DNA from: Octopus vulgaris
Taxonomy: Eukaryota
Assembly (NCBI GenBank): GCA_951406725.2
Contig: OX597820.1
Location: 75,516,001-75,580,000, forward strand
Length of the DNA: 64,000 bases
Direction of reading: 5' to 3'
The position numbers and the translations under genes were made by a program. Shown piece by piece: positions 12,691 through 28,164 of this stretch (position 1 is the first letter of the stretch; each line of letters begins with the position of its first letter). Under the pieces are notes generated by a model. The model did no database searches. It was not told the origin of the DNA and saw only the letters and a list, made by a program, of their open reading frames with translations.

Positions 12691-12997
12691 CACACACACA
12701 CACACATGGATATATACATACACATACATAAATACATACATATGTATATATGTATATATACATATATTTATATAGGTTAGAGACAGGTGTAATTCTATAT
12801 ATAATGCACTTCGTATTGCTCAAAATATATGATCTTGAGCCGGTAGATAAGTAAATCATATGACAAGCAAGTTCGGCAACTCGATTTTCACAGAATATTA
12901 AATACATTTAATAGAAATAATGGGCGTGTGTATTGGTATAAAATAGTCCATCTTACAAAATATAAATGATAGGAGTTAAATGGGTAGAGTTGCACAA

Positions 12998-13090
12998 GTC
13001 TAACAGCTGTTTCTGGGTGCTTGGTGGTCCGGAATAATGATAGTTACTTAGACCCATTACCGGATAACACCGCCTCCGTCGTCAGGGGAG
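12998..13090 (-). ncRNA. Hammerhead-like motif with extended stem II inside an about 700-bp TA-flanked element (about 12772-13480)
   Basis: Minus strand has CTGACGA (13085-13079), a long TCCGG.TAATG/CATTA.TTCCGGA stem and GAAAC-AGCT-GTT. Stem I is poor. Confidence 0.55.
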
Positions 13091-13524
13091 AATTTTACAT
13101 TGGCGAATTTTACATTTAAGTTGTTGACAGGATGAAGTTTAAAAAGGGAAAGATTTCGTGAAGAACTACATAGATAGAGAGTAGTGGGGGGAGAAAATGG
13201 ATTTCGTGATTAAGGATTATAATGAGGTTAGTGATAATAATAGAGGTGGAAGGCTAGTGATAATAATAGAAGTGAAAGATAGTATGTGACTGATGACCTT
13301 TGTCATAGTTTGCATGAAGACTATAGTGTTAAAGATTGAGATAGTGAAAATGGCTTGCTGTTTATTAGGGGGAATGAGTTGATTGGTTCAGTAGCTAAGG
13401 GGGGATAAGGAGGTGGTAAATAGTAGTTCTTAGTGAGACAAAGGAATTGGGCTGGTACTGGAGGTGGGTTGTTGTGGTCTATATATATACGACAGGCTTC
13501 TTTCAGTTTCCGACTACCAAGTCC

Positions 13525-13945
13525 AGTCACATTTGTCGACACTTGCCTCAATACTGGAGACAGAGTGGTTGGTGTCTTTGACAACTGTGCCCCACATATA
13601 GTAATCTACGGAGTAATTCGGCGGCTAGATATTGGTGCCAGTGAATACGATAACCTTTTGGATTCTTTCCAAAGTTATGGTAAGGAGTCGAATCCTGCTA
13701 AAACACAAATGGCTTTCCAGCTGTGACCCTCTCTAGTCTCCATGGGGTTCATGAGGCCGCCTGAATTAAGCCTCACCCGTGTCTCTTCCTGGTTGTCATG
13801 GCATCGGACATTGCGATGCAGCTCTTCCATTATTTACAGTGACCAGTGGTCATAATGTTGGCATTTTGGTACCCGGTGCGAATCATCATGTTACAGGTGG
13901 TTCTTTTCCAATAGTTTTGCTCTCCAATACATCAAGATATTCCTG
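13525..13945 (-). pseudogene. Tc1/mariner-superfamily (maT/DD37D-like) transposase fragment
   Basis: Minus-strand frames give RLNSGG, GKPFVF*QDSTPYH and DYYMWGTVVKDTN (compare FQQDSAP.H and NPLDYYVWG), with stops and frameshifts. Confidence 0.65.
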
Positions 13946-14041
13946 AAAAAGAAGACATAAATGAAATCGTTAAGTTTAACCCTAACCCCCTTTACATACA
14001 CGCACACATAGAGAGAGAAAGACAGAATTACATATATTTAT

Positions 14042-14115
<74 letters not shown>

Positions 14116-14133
14116 ATATACATATATATATAA

Positions 14134-14337
14134 ATGACCTCGTGGGTACCGCCACCGATATTTTTCCTCTGTCTTCCCTTCTCTGGATCTTTCCTTCTCC
14201 TATGTTTCCGACGAAGAGCTCCGCTTGAAACGTTAAACCCTCCTTCTTCCCTTCTTTCCCGAGCGTCCAATAATACTCTATTTGTTCCACGTTCTCGCGT
14301 TGCTGTGTTTTTTTTTGTGTTTTCTTGTTTGGATTAA
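14134..14337 (+). mobile_element. Short TA-adjacent element with variant hammerhead (14204-14238)
   Basis: GTTT-CCGACGA-A-GAGC-TCC-GCTT-GAAAC-GTT-AAAC, with perfect stem I GTTT/AAAC. Confidence 0.65.
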
Positions 14338-14689
14338 GAATTAATAAAATATTTTAAATACATAAAAACGCGATTTATCTCTCATTTTCCTTTAACTTTT
14401 CTAATTAATATCCTTTATATCCAATATACCAAAATATCCGTCTTTAGATAAAATTTGTTTATGGTGTTATCTTAGAGAAGATGAATGTAAATTTTAGTTT
14501 ATTTTAGACGAGTGGTCCTTCCTACTCAGCTTTTTCTGCATTTATATTCGTATGATATACATTAGAATTTAAAAACATTTGAAGTCCATAACACTTATAT
14601 AAATTCCTTGAAATGAGATTCAGTTTACACATTTTGGTTTGCCGTATATTTGAAATAAGTGCAAACATATACACTTCGATTTACATCTA

Positions 14690-14752
14690 TGTATGTGTAC
14701 ATACATACACACACACATATATATATATATTTATATATATGTGATATATATG

Positions 14753-14792
<40 letters not shown>

Positions 14793-15060
14793 TCAAGTAT
14801 TATATATATATATATACATATATATATATACATATATCTACAGATATACATATGTATACATACATATCTATGTAAGTATTTATATATATATATATGCATA
14901 TACATATATACATATAAATATTTATGCATACGTACAGTATATATATGTATATATGTATATATATATATATGTTTGTGCGTGTATGTATGTGTATCTATGT
15001 AAGTATGTGTATGTGTGCGTGTGTGTGGATATGTGGAAGCAACTTGTTCGTATGTGTATG
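14690..15060. repeat. TA/CA/TG low-complexity microsatellite block
   Basis: Read directly. Confidence 0.95.
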
Positions 15061-15434
15061 CATGTTGGTAATTTTGTGTTGAAGGCTTTTTGAAGCATTT
15101 GAAATGCAGCCGAATAGAAAACTGCTTCACTAATCGAAAACTTGTGGGGAAAAAAATAACAAAAAAAAATAACGAAAAAAAAACAAACTCTTTCCCTTCA
15201 GCGTTCGTTAGCGTAATAGAGTAATACTAACAAATAGATAAGAAGCTTGTTTTAAGTTTGGTTTTCTTCGCTAACAAACATGTTTGCATTTGATACATGA
15301 AATAATGAAATGAAAATTATGACCATCATTATCAACCAGTACAAAATTCATCGGATTTCATTATATAAACATCAATATAACGCTTGGACAGCATTAACAT
15401 GTGCTAAAATATATAATGGATCAAAAATAAACAC

Positions 15435-15501
<67 letters not shown>

Positions 15502-15627
15502 ATATAATTTATATCTACAATTTATTCCATTAATAAACTCAACATCAAATGGTGTTTTAAAGATAACTTCCAAATAAATTTTTGAAAAGTTTCCAAACGA
15601 AAATGTTGACGTATATAAAAAGCAAAC

Positions 15628-15659
<32 letters not shown>

Positions 15660-16311
15660 TGTATGTATGTATGTATGTATGTATGTATGTATGTATGTAT
15701 GCATGCATGTATGCATGTATGTATGTATGTATGTATGTATGTATGTATGTATGTATAGTGTGTGTGTATATGCGTGTGTGCCTCTATATTTGTGAGCGAA
15801 TATCTTTGTATGTGTCTATAAGAGTGTTTATTCTGTATAAATATACGCATGTGTATGAAACCGTTCATGTCAGCATATAAATAAGGAGTATTACGCTTGT
15901 TATATTCATCAAAATATTTTAAAACTTATTGAAATCAATACAGGGATGGAGGTTGTGTATCTTCGTATATAAACTGCTATGAGTTCTATCCTGTTGGCTA
16001 CCATTGCTTTCACGATCTCGCTCTCCATGGTGCGCTAAATAAGGTGGCAAGGAGGTTGTTTCCCAAGGGCATGGTTCCTGGTTCACTCCCAGTGCTAGCA
16101 CCTTAGGCACGTGTCTTCTTTTCCAGCCTCAAGTAGACCAGAGGTGTGTGAGAGAATTTGGTAGACGGAAACTGAAAGTAGACTTACTTCTGTGTGTTTC
16201 AATGTCTACCAAGATTGATATTGAAATGCATGTTTCTACACACTGCTGGATTTGTTTGTATGATTATGAATTAGAACACAAATACTTAGTACTAAAAACA
16301 GAAAAAATAAT

Positions 16312-16944
16312 ATTTTCTACTCGAGGCACAAGGCCCGAAATTTTTTGTGGAGAGGGGGCCAGTCGATGAGATCGACCCGAGTACACAACAGGTACTCAAT
16401 TTATCGACCCCGAAAGGATGAAAGCAAAGTCGACCTCGGTGGAATTTGAACTCAGAAAGTAAAGACAGACGAAATACCATCTAAGTATTTTTGCCCGGCG
16501 TGCTAATGTTTCTGCCAGCTCGTCGACTTGACATGCATATATATTCCTTTCTACTCGAGGCACAATGCTCGAAATTTTTGCGGGGCGGAGACCAGTCGAT
16601 GAGATCAACCCAATTACACAACTGGTACTTAATTTATCGACCTCGAAATGATGAAAGGCAAAGTCGACCTCGGCGGAATTTGAACTCAGAAAGTAATAAC
16701 AAACGAAATACCTATTTCTTTACTACCCACAAGGGGCTAAATACAGAAGAGATAAACAAGGGAAGACAAACGGATTAAGTCGATTGTATCGACCCCATTG
16801 CGTAACTGGCACTTATTTAATCGACCCCGAAAGGTTAAAAGGCAAAGTCGACCTCGCGGAATTTGAACTCAGAACGTAGCGGCAGACGAAATACGGCTAC
16901 GCATTTCGCCCGCCGTGCTAACGTTTCTGCCAGCTCGCCCCCTT
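16312..16944 (-). mobile_element. Two tandem SINE B copies
   Basis: Family B reverse complements ending at about 16525 and 16944. Confidence 0.85.
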
Positions 16945-18573
16945 AAGAAGAGAAAAGATAATAAAGCCAATACGCTAGATATCATTCCAATTAACAATTA
17001 TTGCATTCATTTTCCATCTTTATTCTCTTTATTTTATGTTTAAATGTAATCTAATCCTCGAAGAATGGTTTCATAAATATTTACTGCAACCAGATCAATG
17101 TTCCTCCCTTGTAAAAACGGACAGCGTCAGTGTTTGCACTCTTTCGTCCGGTTACACAATGCACAAACACACATAGAACATGCACGTGCGCACACATTTT
17201 TCTTATGTATTTGAACACATACACGCGCACGCACACACACACACACACACAAACACAAGCTCACGCTCGCACGTTTGGTTCAGTCACAAGCACAAAAGTA
17301 AATGAAACACATACTAATGTATGCATATGTGTGTATATATATATATGTGTGTGTGTATGTGTGTATATGTATATATACACATTACATGCACACACACACA
17401 TATATATAAATATGTATATGAATACGATTATACATGCACACACATATACATATATATATAATATGTATATATATATATGTAATATGTGCATACACACACA
17501 CGCACGCACACACATACACGCACACATGCAAACACGCAAACACACACACACACACACACGCGCGCGCACACACACATGCATCTATTACTTTTGTTTTACA
17601 TTAGTTTCTCATTCCGGGCAGTGCTTTCATTTCCCTATTAATACAGATGTCTGTCCATTCTCTTTCTTTCTTTTGGCTATCATGCTATAAAATGCACAGC
17701 ATCCCATCCGAATACGTTGCGAAAGACATCTGAACATCCGGTCAAACGCTGCATAGCAGCTTCTTTAAAAACCCCGCTGATTCGGCTCTAGGCTTTCTCC
17801 CGCAATGCCGAAAGTGAGCAAAGATTGAAAATGATAAAGACATAACGCTAATGCATTTGGCGCTCGTATCGAATGTGCACTAACGGAGAGCTTCGGAAGT
17901 AAATCTAGTACTAACTACTATGAAAGATAATCACAATAAAACAAAACACTGGATTTCCACTCTCAAATTATATCAGCTAAAACGCTGTAAAGAAGGTATT
18001 TTTACTTCACTCGTATTATTCGCTGTTTTAGAGTATTTAGCATTGCAAGCATTATTTTTAGATGAAAATGTATTGAAATGAAGAGAAATATGCGTAATAT
18101 TCTTTCATTTTTTTTTTTAACAAACAATATTCTAGCAATACAATCCTGCAGAGTAAATAAGTTGCCGTTTTCTCCCGGAATTATTGTTATGCATGAGATA
18201 ATTTACATAATCGAAGTTACGAAATGCCTTTTTAATAATTTATAATCAGCATTTTCATCTGATGGCTTCTATCCATTTGCTGATGTTGAATACTAAAGGT
18301 TTTCATTTGTTTCTAAGCTTCAAAATATTCATAAGATGTCCTCACTGTATTTTCTTTTGTCATATTCTCGGAGAGAAATTTGTATTCATCGTTGCTATTT
18401 TGAAAACAAATTTCTGAAATGTTCTACTGCGCGATATATGATTGATTTTATTTTCATATATGTATATGTATATATATATATAAATGTATACATATAGATA
18501 CACATTAATACAGATATACATATTATATATATGCATATATATATATATTGTATATCTATCTATCTATCTCTCG

Positions 18574-18617
<44 letters not shown>

Positions 18618-19199
18618 ATGTATATGCATACACACACACACGCACACACGTATCGCTATCTCTGCTTAATATGAATTCTTTTTCTTCTAATTACACATTT
18701 AAGCATTTCGTTTTATTAATTCGAATCAGCATTTCGTACGATCGATCCAAGAACGAAAAAAAGAAAAAACAAAAGGAAAATTCGACATTCACAGATATAC
18801 AGATATAGATTATATTACTCTCAGAAATTTAGACTGTATTTTAATATTTTAATATTTTCTGTATATTTTAGATTATATTTAAAAGGAGAATATAAAATAT
18901 TTCGTTTCTTTCCGTTTCATTCTTTCTATGCAAATCAATGCTTATCGGCCAGTTTTTAAAGTATCTCAGATACTTCCTCGATCGTAAAAATAAACATACG
19001 ATTGACGTTTGTATACAGGCATATGTATTCTCATATATATGAAAATATTTTAATGATTTATAAAAATATTTGCCTATGAAAAGCAATACCACTTTATTTT
19101 ACATTATTAAACGTTACTTCACAAGTTTCCATGCATTGTCTCTTTAAGCGTTTTAACATCTACGGCCAAATTAATGTAGAAATATTCACACTCTTCGAA

Positions 19200-19690
<491 letters not shown>

Positions 19691-20655
19691 ATCGGACGTC
19701 GATTCTACAATATTCCTTTCATATTGTTATCAGTCTCTGATTTGTTCCTTACACGTTGCCAATCAAAATGATTGCATTTCTTAGGCCATTCAAATTAACT
19801 GAATTTTCCATTTAATCATATTCTGTTGACTTGCAAAACTACGGTTACTTTAATATCAAATACATTGTGTTTAAATATTCGACTAACGGTCATGGCTGGC
19901 AAGGTTTTGATCATAAATCTGCTCACTGAGGATGACTAAGTCGCAAACAACTAGAAAATTTATTGTGAATCCTTTGTTACAAGTTCTATCTTGTCCCTCA
20001 CAAAACTGTTATGCTCTATCTAAAATAGTAACCAAACCATCTCAGTGTTTCTTCTAATCAATCACCATCCTGTTTAAACAGAGAGAAAGAGGAGAGAGAG
20101 AGAAAAACATACAAGTACAAACAAATACACGCGCGCGCATACTCATTCGTTCTGCAATCATAACATACTACCAAGTGTATTAAAGATCGACAATGAATAT
20201 TGTGCTGTATTTACTTCTGTGTTAGCAGTGCGTTATTTTCATTTTCAAATTTATTTGTACAGATTTTCTATAGAGTTCATAATCAGCACTCACAGTAACA
20301 GCGTCATAACCATCAGTGTTACTGTGAACTCTGTAAAAACACTCACACACTTATACACACACACATGCATACACACAAGCTCGCTCGCACACACACACAT
20401 TTATACATACATACATACACATATACATTCATATATATACATATATATGATAGTCACTAGGCAATAACTGTCAGGAAATTACAGTTTGGAGTTTGTAACT
20501 TTGTAAGCTTCATTTAGCTAATAATAAATACACGCACTGGTTTTGTTTTTCTTCTCTATTTTTTGTTTGCCATTTGACTAACCATTTAATCAATTAACTG
20601 TCTTTCGTGAGTATCAATAAAACAAATTACTTAATTTTGGTACCTGATGATATAT

Positions 20656-21000
20656 AAGGCGGAGGAGACCCCCTTTGGTCATGAATGACCATGGGATTGC
20701 ACCTAGAAAGTTTCCTTCCGCGACACAAGTCAGGACAATATTGTTTGTGGAAGGCTAGCAGTCTCCCATGTATACCTGCCTCCCCTCTCCACACCACTGA
20801 TGTTATCCAAGCGAAGGGCAAAGGCCGATACAGCTTGGCAACAGGGATGTCGCCACTCATTTCTACACCTGAGTGAACTGGAGCAACGTGAAATAAAGTG
20901 TCTTGCTCAAGAACACAACACACAGCCCGGTGCGGGAATCAAACTCAGAACCTCACGATCGTAAGCTCTACGCTCTATCCACTGAGCCCTGCGTCTTCCC
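20656..21000 (-). mobile_element. tRNA-derived SINE family C
   Basis: Minus strand head GGCTCAGTGGATAGAGCG...GAGTTTGATTCCC followed by TGTGTTCTTGAGCAAGACACTTTATTTCACGTTGCTCCAG. Related copies at about 7808, 38060 and 57958. Confidence 0.8.
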
Positions 21001-21949
21001 CTAATGATATATAATATCACCAATAGAACTATACCCTATAATCAGACCAATTAAAATACGAAGCGACTGTAGTACCACATACACAAACACACACACATGC
21101 GCACATACCAGTATGCAACCAACGGATATATACGCTTGCTAGCGAGATATATTTGGTTGCTAGACCATATCATAGAAAGCAGCAATATTTCAGTTAAGCC
21201 AGACCCTAAATATGGAATATTATACTCAATAGATAAACTTAACCTTTACTTGAAATTCGATATTGTTCCTCAAATTATCAGAAACATCCAGCAATACAAA
21301 TAATTTTGTTTAAACAGCTTTACAAATATCTTTGCTTTTATATGTAATTTCACGATTAAGAAGCTCCAACAACACATAAATATACATTTCCGTTAATAGA
21401 TGTTTAAGATTTCAGTGTTAAAATTCATAATTATCATGCTGTTTGTCACTGCGCCATCATATTTATTCAATTTAACCAAACAATGCTGTCACACTGGAAA
21501 TGCCTATGGCAAGCAGCGTTAAATTCCGCTGGATTCAAAACAAACATCATATCGCCATTTTTATTTATACAATCCTTTGACAACTCAACCGACCACAGTG
21601 AATCACCTACCAATATCCAGATATTATTGTGTTTACAGATACTTCACAGAGAATCTAAGTATTTATTCAAGAAACTGAAATATCTTCAATCGCGACTCTG
21701 AATTTTATATTTGGTTTCTTCAAAATTTTCTTTATCTACGTTTAAATGAAAGCATGAAATTCAGGCGTTTGCATATGGATATAAGATAATTATTCGAGAT
21801 TTAACGAAATTAGCTCCACTTCCATGGTGGGGACGCAAATGACATAGTAACAATTGGAAACAAATTAAGAAGCGGTAATCTGAAGAATCGAGGGTTCAAC
21901 AAAACTGACAGGCCTTAAAGGAAAAGATATTCTGACTACCTAGCTGCAT

Positions 21950-21990
21950 TCAGACGTGTGTTTCTGCATTACTATACGTCATCAGCATAG
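21950..21990 (-). ncRNA. Hammerhead-like motif
   Basis: CTGATGA-c-GTAT(AGTA)ATGC-a-GAAAC-ACAC-GTC. Stem I does not pair. Confidence 0.5.
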
Positions 21991-22126
21991 CAATTATCCT
22001 TCCTTATCACCAGTAATAGAAATGTCAGTATTTATATAAAAGAGCAGAATACAGCTGTGGCCATAGGTAATTTGCATACATGAAAAGAAATTGAGCTAAG
22101 AGAAAAATATTTAAGTGGTCAATAGC

Positions 22127-22289
22127 CGCAGGAGTGGTTGTGTGGTAAGTAGCTGGCTTACCAACCACATGGTTCCCGGTTCAGTCCCACTGCGTGGCAC
22201 ACTGGGCGCAAATGCCTTCTACTATAGCCTTGGGCCAACCAAAGCCTTGTGAGTGGATTTGGTAGACGGAAACTGAAAGAAACCCGTCG

Positions 22290-22322
<33 letters not shown>

Positions 22323-22540
22323 TGTGTATGCATGTATGTATTTGTGTATCTGTGTTTTCCCCCCAATATTGCTTGAGAACCGATGGTGATGTGTTTACGT
22401 CCCCGTAACTTAGCGGTTCGACAAAAAAGACCGATAGAATAAGTACTAGGCTTACAAAGAATAAGCCCTGGTGTTGATTTGCTAAATTAAAGGCGGTACT
22501 CCAGCATGGCCACAGTTAAATGACCTAAACAAATAAAGGA
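22127..22540 (+). mobile_element. SINE family A, full length
   Basis: Colinear with the 3303-3707 copy. Confidence 0.9.
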
Positions 22541-22609
22541 AATGCAAATACTTAAACATTTAATTAATTCTTGAATTATTGAAATTACCCCCACCCCCTC
22601 CCGGATGAG

Positions 22610-22952
22610 GTTAATAAGTATAAGTAATAAGTTAATTTTTTGGCTCAAAAAGCAAAAAGCAAGACCATGTAGGGGGACATGGAGTTATGTACAGGGGTGT
22701 TCATGCAAAGAGTTCAGGCCATTTCTGGTCAAGAGAGACTTTGAACCCAGCGGTCGTCGGCATCTTCACTATCTCGTCCGGCAGCTTATTCCACGGATCC
22801 GCAACCCGGACGGAGAAAGCCCCTCTACTTCGATTGAGATGAAATCGTCGCAGATAGAGCTTTTCGGAGTGACCCCGCAGCCTACGCTCTGGAGCAGGAG
22901 TGAAGAACAGCTCTTTCGAGAGGTTACACTTTTCGCTTATGATGTTGAGCCA
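22610..22952 (-). mobile_element. CR1-like LINE 3' fragment (ORF2 C-terminus, 3' UTR and short tandem tail)
   Basis: LRGHSEKLY...RGAFSVRVADPWNKLPDEIV...FKVSLD matches the CR1-type RGH..KL..FS.RV...WN.LP..V..FK..LD motif. A TAAGTAA-like tail lies at about 22610-22635. Confidence 0.85.
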
Positions 22953-23096
22953 CAATACAGTGGCAATTAGTGCCAACTTAAAATGAGATGGGGAAATAAC
23001 CTCGAAAATCAAAAGGTTAAATGTTTGGCGTAAAATCAAAGAATAAATATTCTGATAGTTTGGAAAATGCTGATTACCTGTTGATATGTAAATAGA

Positions 23097-23486
23097 CGCA
23101 AGAATTGCTGTGTGGTAAGTAGCTTGCTTACCAGCCACATGGTTTCGGGTTCATTCCCTTGGGCAAGTGACTTCTACAATAGCCTCGGGCCGACCAAAGC
23201 CTTGTGAGTTGATTTGGTAGACGGAAACTGAAAAAAGCCCGTCATATATATGTAGATATATATATATGTATGTGTGTGTATATGTTTGTGTGTCTGTGTT
23301 TGTTCCCCCAACATCGTTTGACAACTGATAGCGTTGTGTTTTCTTCCCCGCAACTAAGCGGTTCGGCAAAAGAAGCCGATAGAATAAGCATTATGCTTAC
23401 AAAGAATAAGTCCAGGGGTCGATTTGCTCGACTAAAGCGGTGCTCCAGCATAGCTGCAGCCAAATGACTGAAACAAGTAAAAGAGT
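23097..23486 (+). mobile_element. SINE family A, near full length
   Basis: Colinear with other A copies, with a small deletion after the B box. Confidence 0.9.
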
Positions 23487-24104
23487 ATATGTGTTTCAAT
23501 TGCAACAGGCGTCATCAGCACAGAAATTAGTTAACAGCAACTCTAGTAATAGGGAACATAGATAAATACAACAAAAAAACCTGCAAAACATGTTAAGAAC
23601 TTGCTCTATAATTCTTCGTATACGCCTATGTATCATCGAAATGGAAATGATTTAGAAAAAGTGCACTGATGACGTTTATTGAGGCAAAAAACACGTGACT
23701 ACCTCTGTCATCTTGTCTCCGGATAATACAAAATTATTTTCCTTAATAGCTTGCCAATTTCCTGGAATTCCTGATTTTTGAAATTATCTTTCCTTGTTAA
23801 TTTAAGATAAATGATAACCAGCAAGCGATGGGTACATACTTTTTATTTCTCTCTTACTCCCTGGCTCCATTCATTCTCTCTCTGTTTCTGTCTTTCTGTT
23901 CCTATATCTTTCTCTCCCTCTGTCTATCTCTTTGTCTCTCTCACTCTCACTCCCTCTCTCCTATCTCTGTCTTTCTCTCTTTCCCCTTCACTCCCTCGTT
24001 GTCTCTAGAAGTATTAATAATTTCTATATATGAAACTTTATCCTGCATGTTGTTGCTTAACGTATCCTCGATTCCTTCATATGGTCCTAATACATGTTCA
24101 AGTA

Positions 24105-25180
24105 CACAGAACATTCTAAGCTAATGGACCTAGTTGGTTTCAAAAATTGATGTTTATCGAAATTTTAAAATTTTGCACAATAATATACTTTTCTAAGTTG
24201 AATTGCTGGTATAATTTCACTTTTTCCAGAAAAATGTTTTTAAAAAGTTATACAAGTTTCAAGTTTGATCCCTTTTCACCCAGTCAAGAAATAGGATTTG
24301 AAAACTGTCATTTTGTACGTGATTCCATATTTTATCGTCGGCATCCTGAAAATAGTGCGTGTTGTCAATATTTGTAAACAAGACAAGTTTTGTAGTTTGA
24401 AGCACTCAATGTGCATTTATCCAAAAACATTATTTAGCTGTTATTTTTAGCACACATCACAACCACATCAAGGACAAAAAGAAACGAGTAAACAAGTAGT
24501 TTTAAGCATTCAAAATGCATTTAATACAAATGCAATGAACAATACGTTTCACACGATAAACACATTACAATTTTTTCCCACAAATAATTTCAATACAGTT
24601 TTTACAGAAAGATTTGGAAGAATTAGATAAAAGTTCTCTGGGAATTTTCTTTCATGTCAATAAATGTTTATGTTAATTTAAAAGATATATATATAAAAAA
24701 TGTTATTTAGCTGCTATTTTTAGCACACTTCAATGTAGTCTAAGCATTCAATGTGCATTTAATGCCAATGCGATGAAAAACACGTTACAAATTAAATATT
24801 GTAAAAATAACAAACATCTTGTTGACCCGTTCATAAATTTACATTCTCAACTGTCAACAGATAGGTAAAGCATGTAGTTTCAATATATTTCTCAACATGT
24901 GCTTTCGCGCCGACAAAAGGATTCTCATGGTCCGCTTGTTACTATGGAAAAAGGCATGAATGTGTCAATGGCTTACAATTGACTAAAACTACCGAAATTT
25001 TCAAACTTTAAATGCTAATAACTCTTTATTTATTGATTTATTACAGAAAAGGTTTTTACCTCATTCCTTGCCCAATAAAAGTATATCGTTACCCTGAATA
25101 TCAAATCAATTCGAACAGAATTGATGCTGGCAGCCAAACATACTAGATCCAAGTTATTTTTCTGAGGACATTTTAATTTC
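24105..25180. mobile_element. Possible old non-autonomous DNA transposon with internal diverged tandem duplication
   Basis: Weak inverted end similarity (GGACCTAGT near 24126, ACTAGATCC near 25142). TATTTAGCTG.TATTTTTAGCACAC is repeated at about 24431 and 24704. Confidence 0.3.
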
Positions 25181-25238
25181 ACACACGCACACACACACAC
25201 ATACACACAGACAGACAGACACACACACACAAACACAC

Positions 25239-25301
<63 letters not shown>

Positions 25302-25477
25302 CAAGGAGCATTATTTATAGTCATGAAATGTTAGAATCATGTATTGCTGAAACAATCGTAACGAACGAATAACCGTAATTCTTATAGTTACTGATCACAC
25401 ATGCATACATGCATATATACACACATATACGTGTGTGTTGTGTGTGTGTGCGTGTATGCGTGCGTGCGTGCGTGTGT

Positions 25478-25519
<42 letters not shown>

Positions 25520-25935
25520 GTTCGTCCTTCAATAAGAAAAAAAACCCAGCGAATATCACTTGAACAAACGGTTCGGTAGGATGCGTAAATACGAATAATT
25601 TTTCTGTTTAGCTAATGTTGATTTTACACATTTCAGAATATTTGTGTTCATAAATCATTCCGAATATTAGGTCACATATTTTGCCGCATGTAAAGAATGT
25701 ACATGTGCACACACGAACAAACGAATATATGCAGACGTATATAATTCCATAGACACATATACAAGTACACACATACGCACACACACATCACAACAGACAT
25801 ACATTCATATGCATATATATATGTATACATGCATATATGCCAATATATATATGTAAATATACATATATATATATAGATAGATATAGATATATATATAGGA
25901 GAAAAACTCTATGAGAAATGACGATAAATATTACT

Positions 25936-25989
<54 letters not shown>

Positions 25990-26149
25990 CATTTATGTGT
26001 GTGTGTGTGTGGGTGTATATCTGTATATACAGACGTAGAAAAATATATACATGCAACCATATGCATAGATGCATGTACACACACATATACATATATGTAT
26101 GTATGTGTATATATATATATATGAGTGTGTATGTATGTATATACGTGAT

Positions 26150-26214
<65 letters not shown>

Positions 26215-26935
26215 ATATATATATAGAAAGAGAGGGAGGGAGAGGAGGACACAGAGAGAGAGAGAGACAGACTGACAGACACGCAGACAGATGTAACACT
26301 AATGTTCTGATTACACCTTATGCTGCCCTAACAGCCTCTTTCTGACTCCTAGATAAATCACTCACCTCATTTCCTAAGTACATCGCCTCCTCCAATCCAA
26401 TCCAACACTCATTAGGAACTACTTTGCCGTATTCACATTTCAGGGGCGCGGCACATGATTACTTTGCCCGAGGCACATCCACCTTTTATAACCTTATGCC
26501 ACTTTTTAGTTTAATTTGCGCTTGGCTTTCTTTCTACATATTTATTCCTTTTCTCACACCGGAACGCTTTCACCTCCCTACTGTTCGTATGTATGTAAAA
26601 CAATATATATATATATATATATATATAAACATGTCTGTATGTATGTAAAAGTATATATATATATATATATACTCATATACATATATGCATATATATATAT
26701 ATATTTATATATACACACATATATATATATACATGTTTTTACCTATATGCATATATATATATATATTTATATATACACACATATATATATATATACATGT
26801 TTTTACCTATATTTATGCATATATATATACGAATGTATGTATGTATAAGTTTATAAGTATATAATATATACATATATACATACATGTATAATATTACTAT
26901 TATTGTTATTATTATTATTATTGTTATTATTATTA

Positions 26936-26981
<46 letters not shown>

Positions 26982-27554
26982 TTATGTTCATGTATATATA
27001 TATATATGGTTTAATGTATATGTGTGTCTGGTTGTATGCGTGTGTCTAGTAATATAATAAATATATGTGTGTTTGTGTGTGCATATATACATATATATAT
27101 TCAGAGAGAGAGAGAGGGGGAGGGAAGGCGGGAGATTTATAAATATACAAGTATATAACAGTATATATACACACATATATATATATTTATGCGTGTGCGT
27201 ATATATGTAAATATATGTTTATGTCTGTGTGTGAATTTATGTGCATGCACATGAATATATATATATATTTCTTTTCTCTATTCTTTTTTCAATTAAGCTT
27301 TGTATATAAAGCGATGTATTTTATGCTTTCAGTGGAGCCACTTTCGACAATTAGAAGTTGTCCTGGAATCCATTCTGTTCCACTAACTTTGTTTAAGATA
27401 ATACTGTAAGTATTTTATGCATTTTCTCAGCGTATGTCGATGACTCATATAGATTTTACTGACGGTGGCAACCTGCGTTTTCGTTCATTTGATTTACAGA
27501 AACACGTTTCCAGGGGGTTACTTACGTACAGATGTCTGTTTGCATATCACTCCA

Positions 27555-27556
27555 TC

Positions 27557-27636
<80 letters not shown>

Positions 27637-27780
27637 ACTATCTATCTATCAATCTATGTATGTATGTATGTATGTATGTATGTATGTATGTATGTATCTA
27701 TCTATCTATCTATCTATCTATCTGTCTGTCTGTCTGTCTGTCTGTCTTTCTGTCTGTTTGTCTACTTGTTTGTCTCTCTG
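27555..27780. repeat. Compound (TATC)n/(TATG)n/(TCTG)n tetranucleotide repeat
   Basis: Read directly. Confidence 0.95.
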
Positions 27781-27936
27781 TCTACTTGCTCTGTCTGTTT
27801 CATTGTTTCCTCGTCTGTGTATCTAGCTACCTAGCTGTATAACTGTATGTCTATCTATCTAGCTACTTGTCTAAATATCTATCCATCTACGCATCATTCA
27901 AAATATACACACATTTTATATACATATGTAAGTAAG

Positions 27937-28107
27937 TGTGACATTATTCAGTTAATTTCAAAATTTCTTGCCAATAGGGAAAGAACCGGTTTCTAACCTA
28001 GATCCAAGGCACCTTCATTGGAATTTCAACATCAAAAATAGGGTATGTATGTATGTATGTATGTATATATGCATGTATCTATATATGTATATATGTAGAT
28101 ATGTATG

Positions 28108-28164
<57 letters not shown>

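Noticed and set aside
13890-13970. Strong-looking minus-strand splice acceptor (TTTCATTTATGTCTTCTTTTTCAG) with a short terminal exon
   Set aside because: The downstream sequence is better explained as a decayed maT-like transposase, and no partner exons were found.
17680-17900. TATAAAA followed by unique CpG-containing sequence, a possible promoter
   Set aside because: TATA-like strings are ubiquitous in this AT-rich DNA, and no downstream gene is evident.
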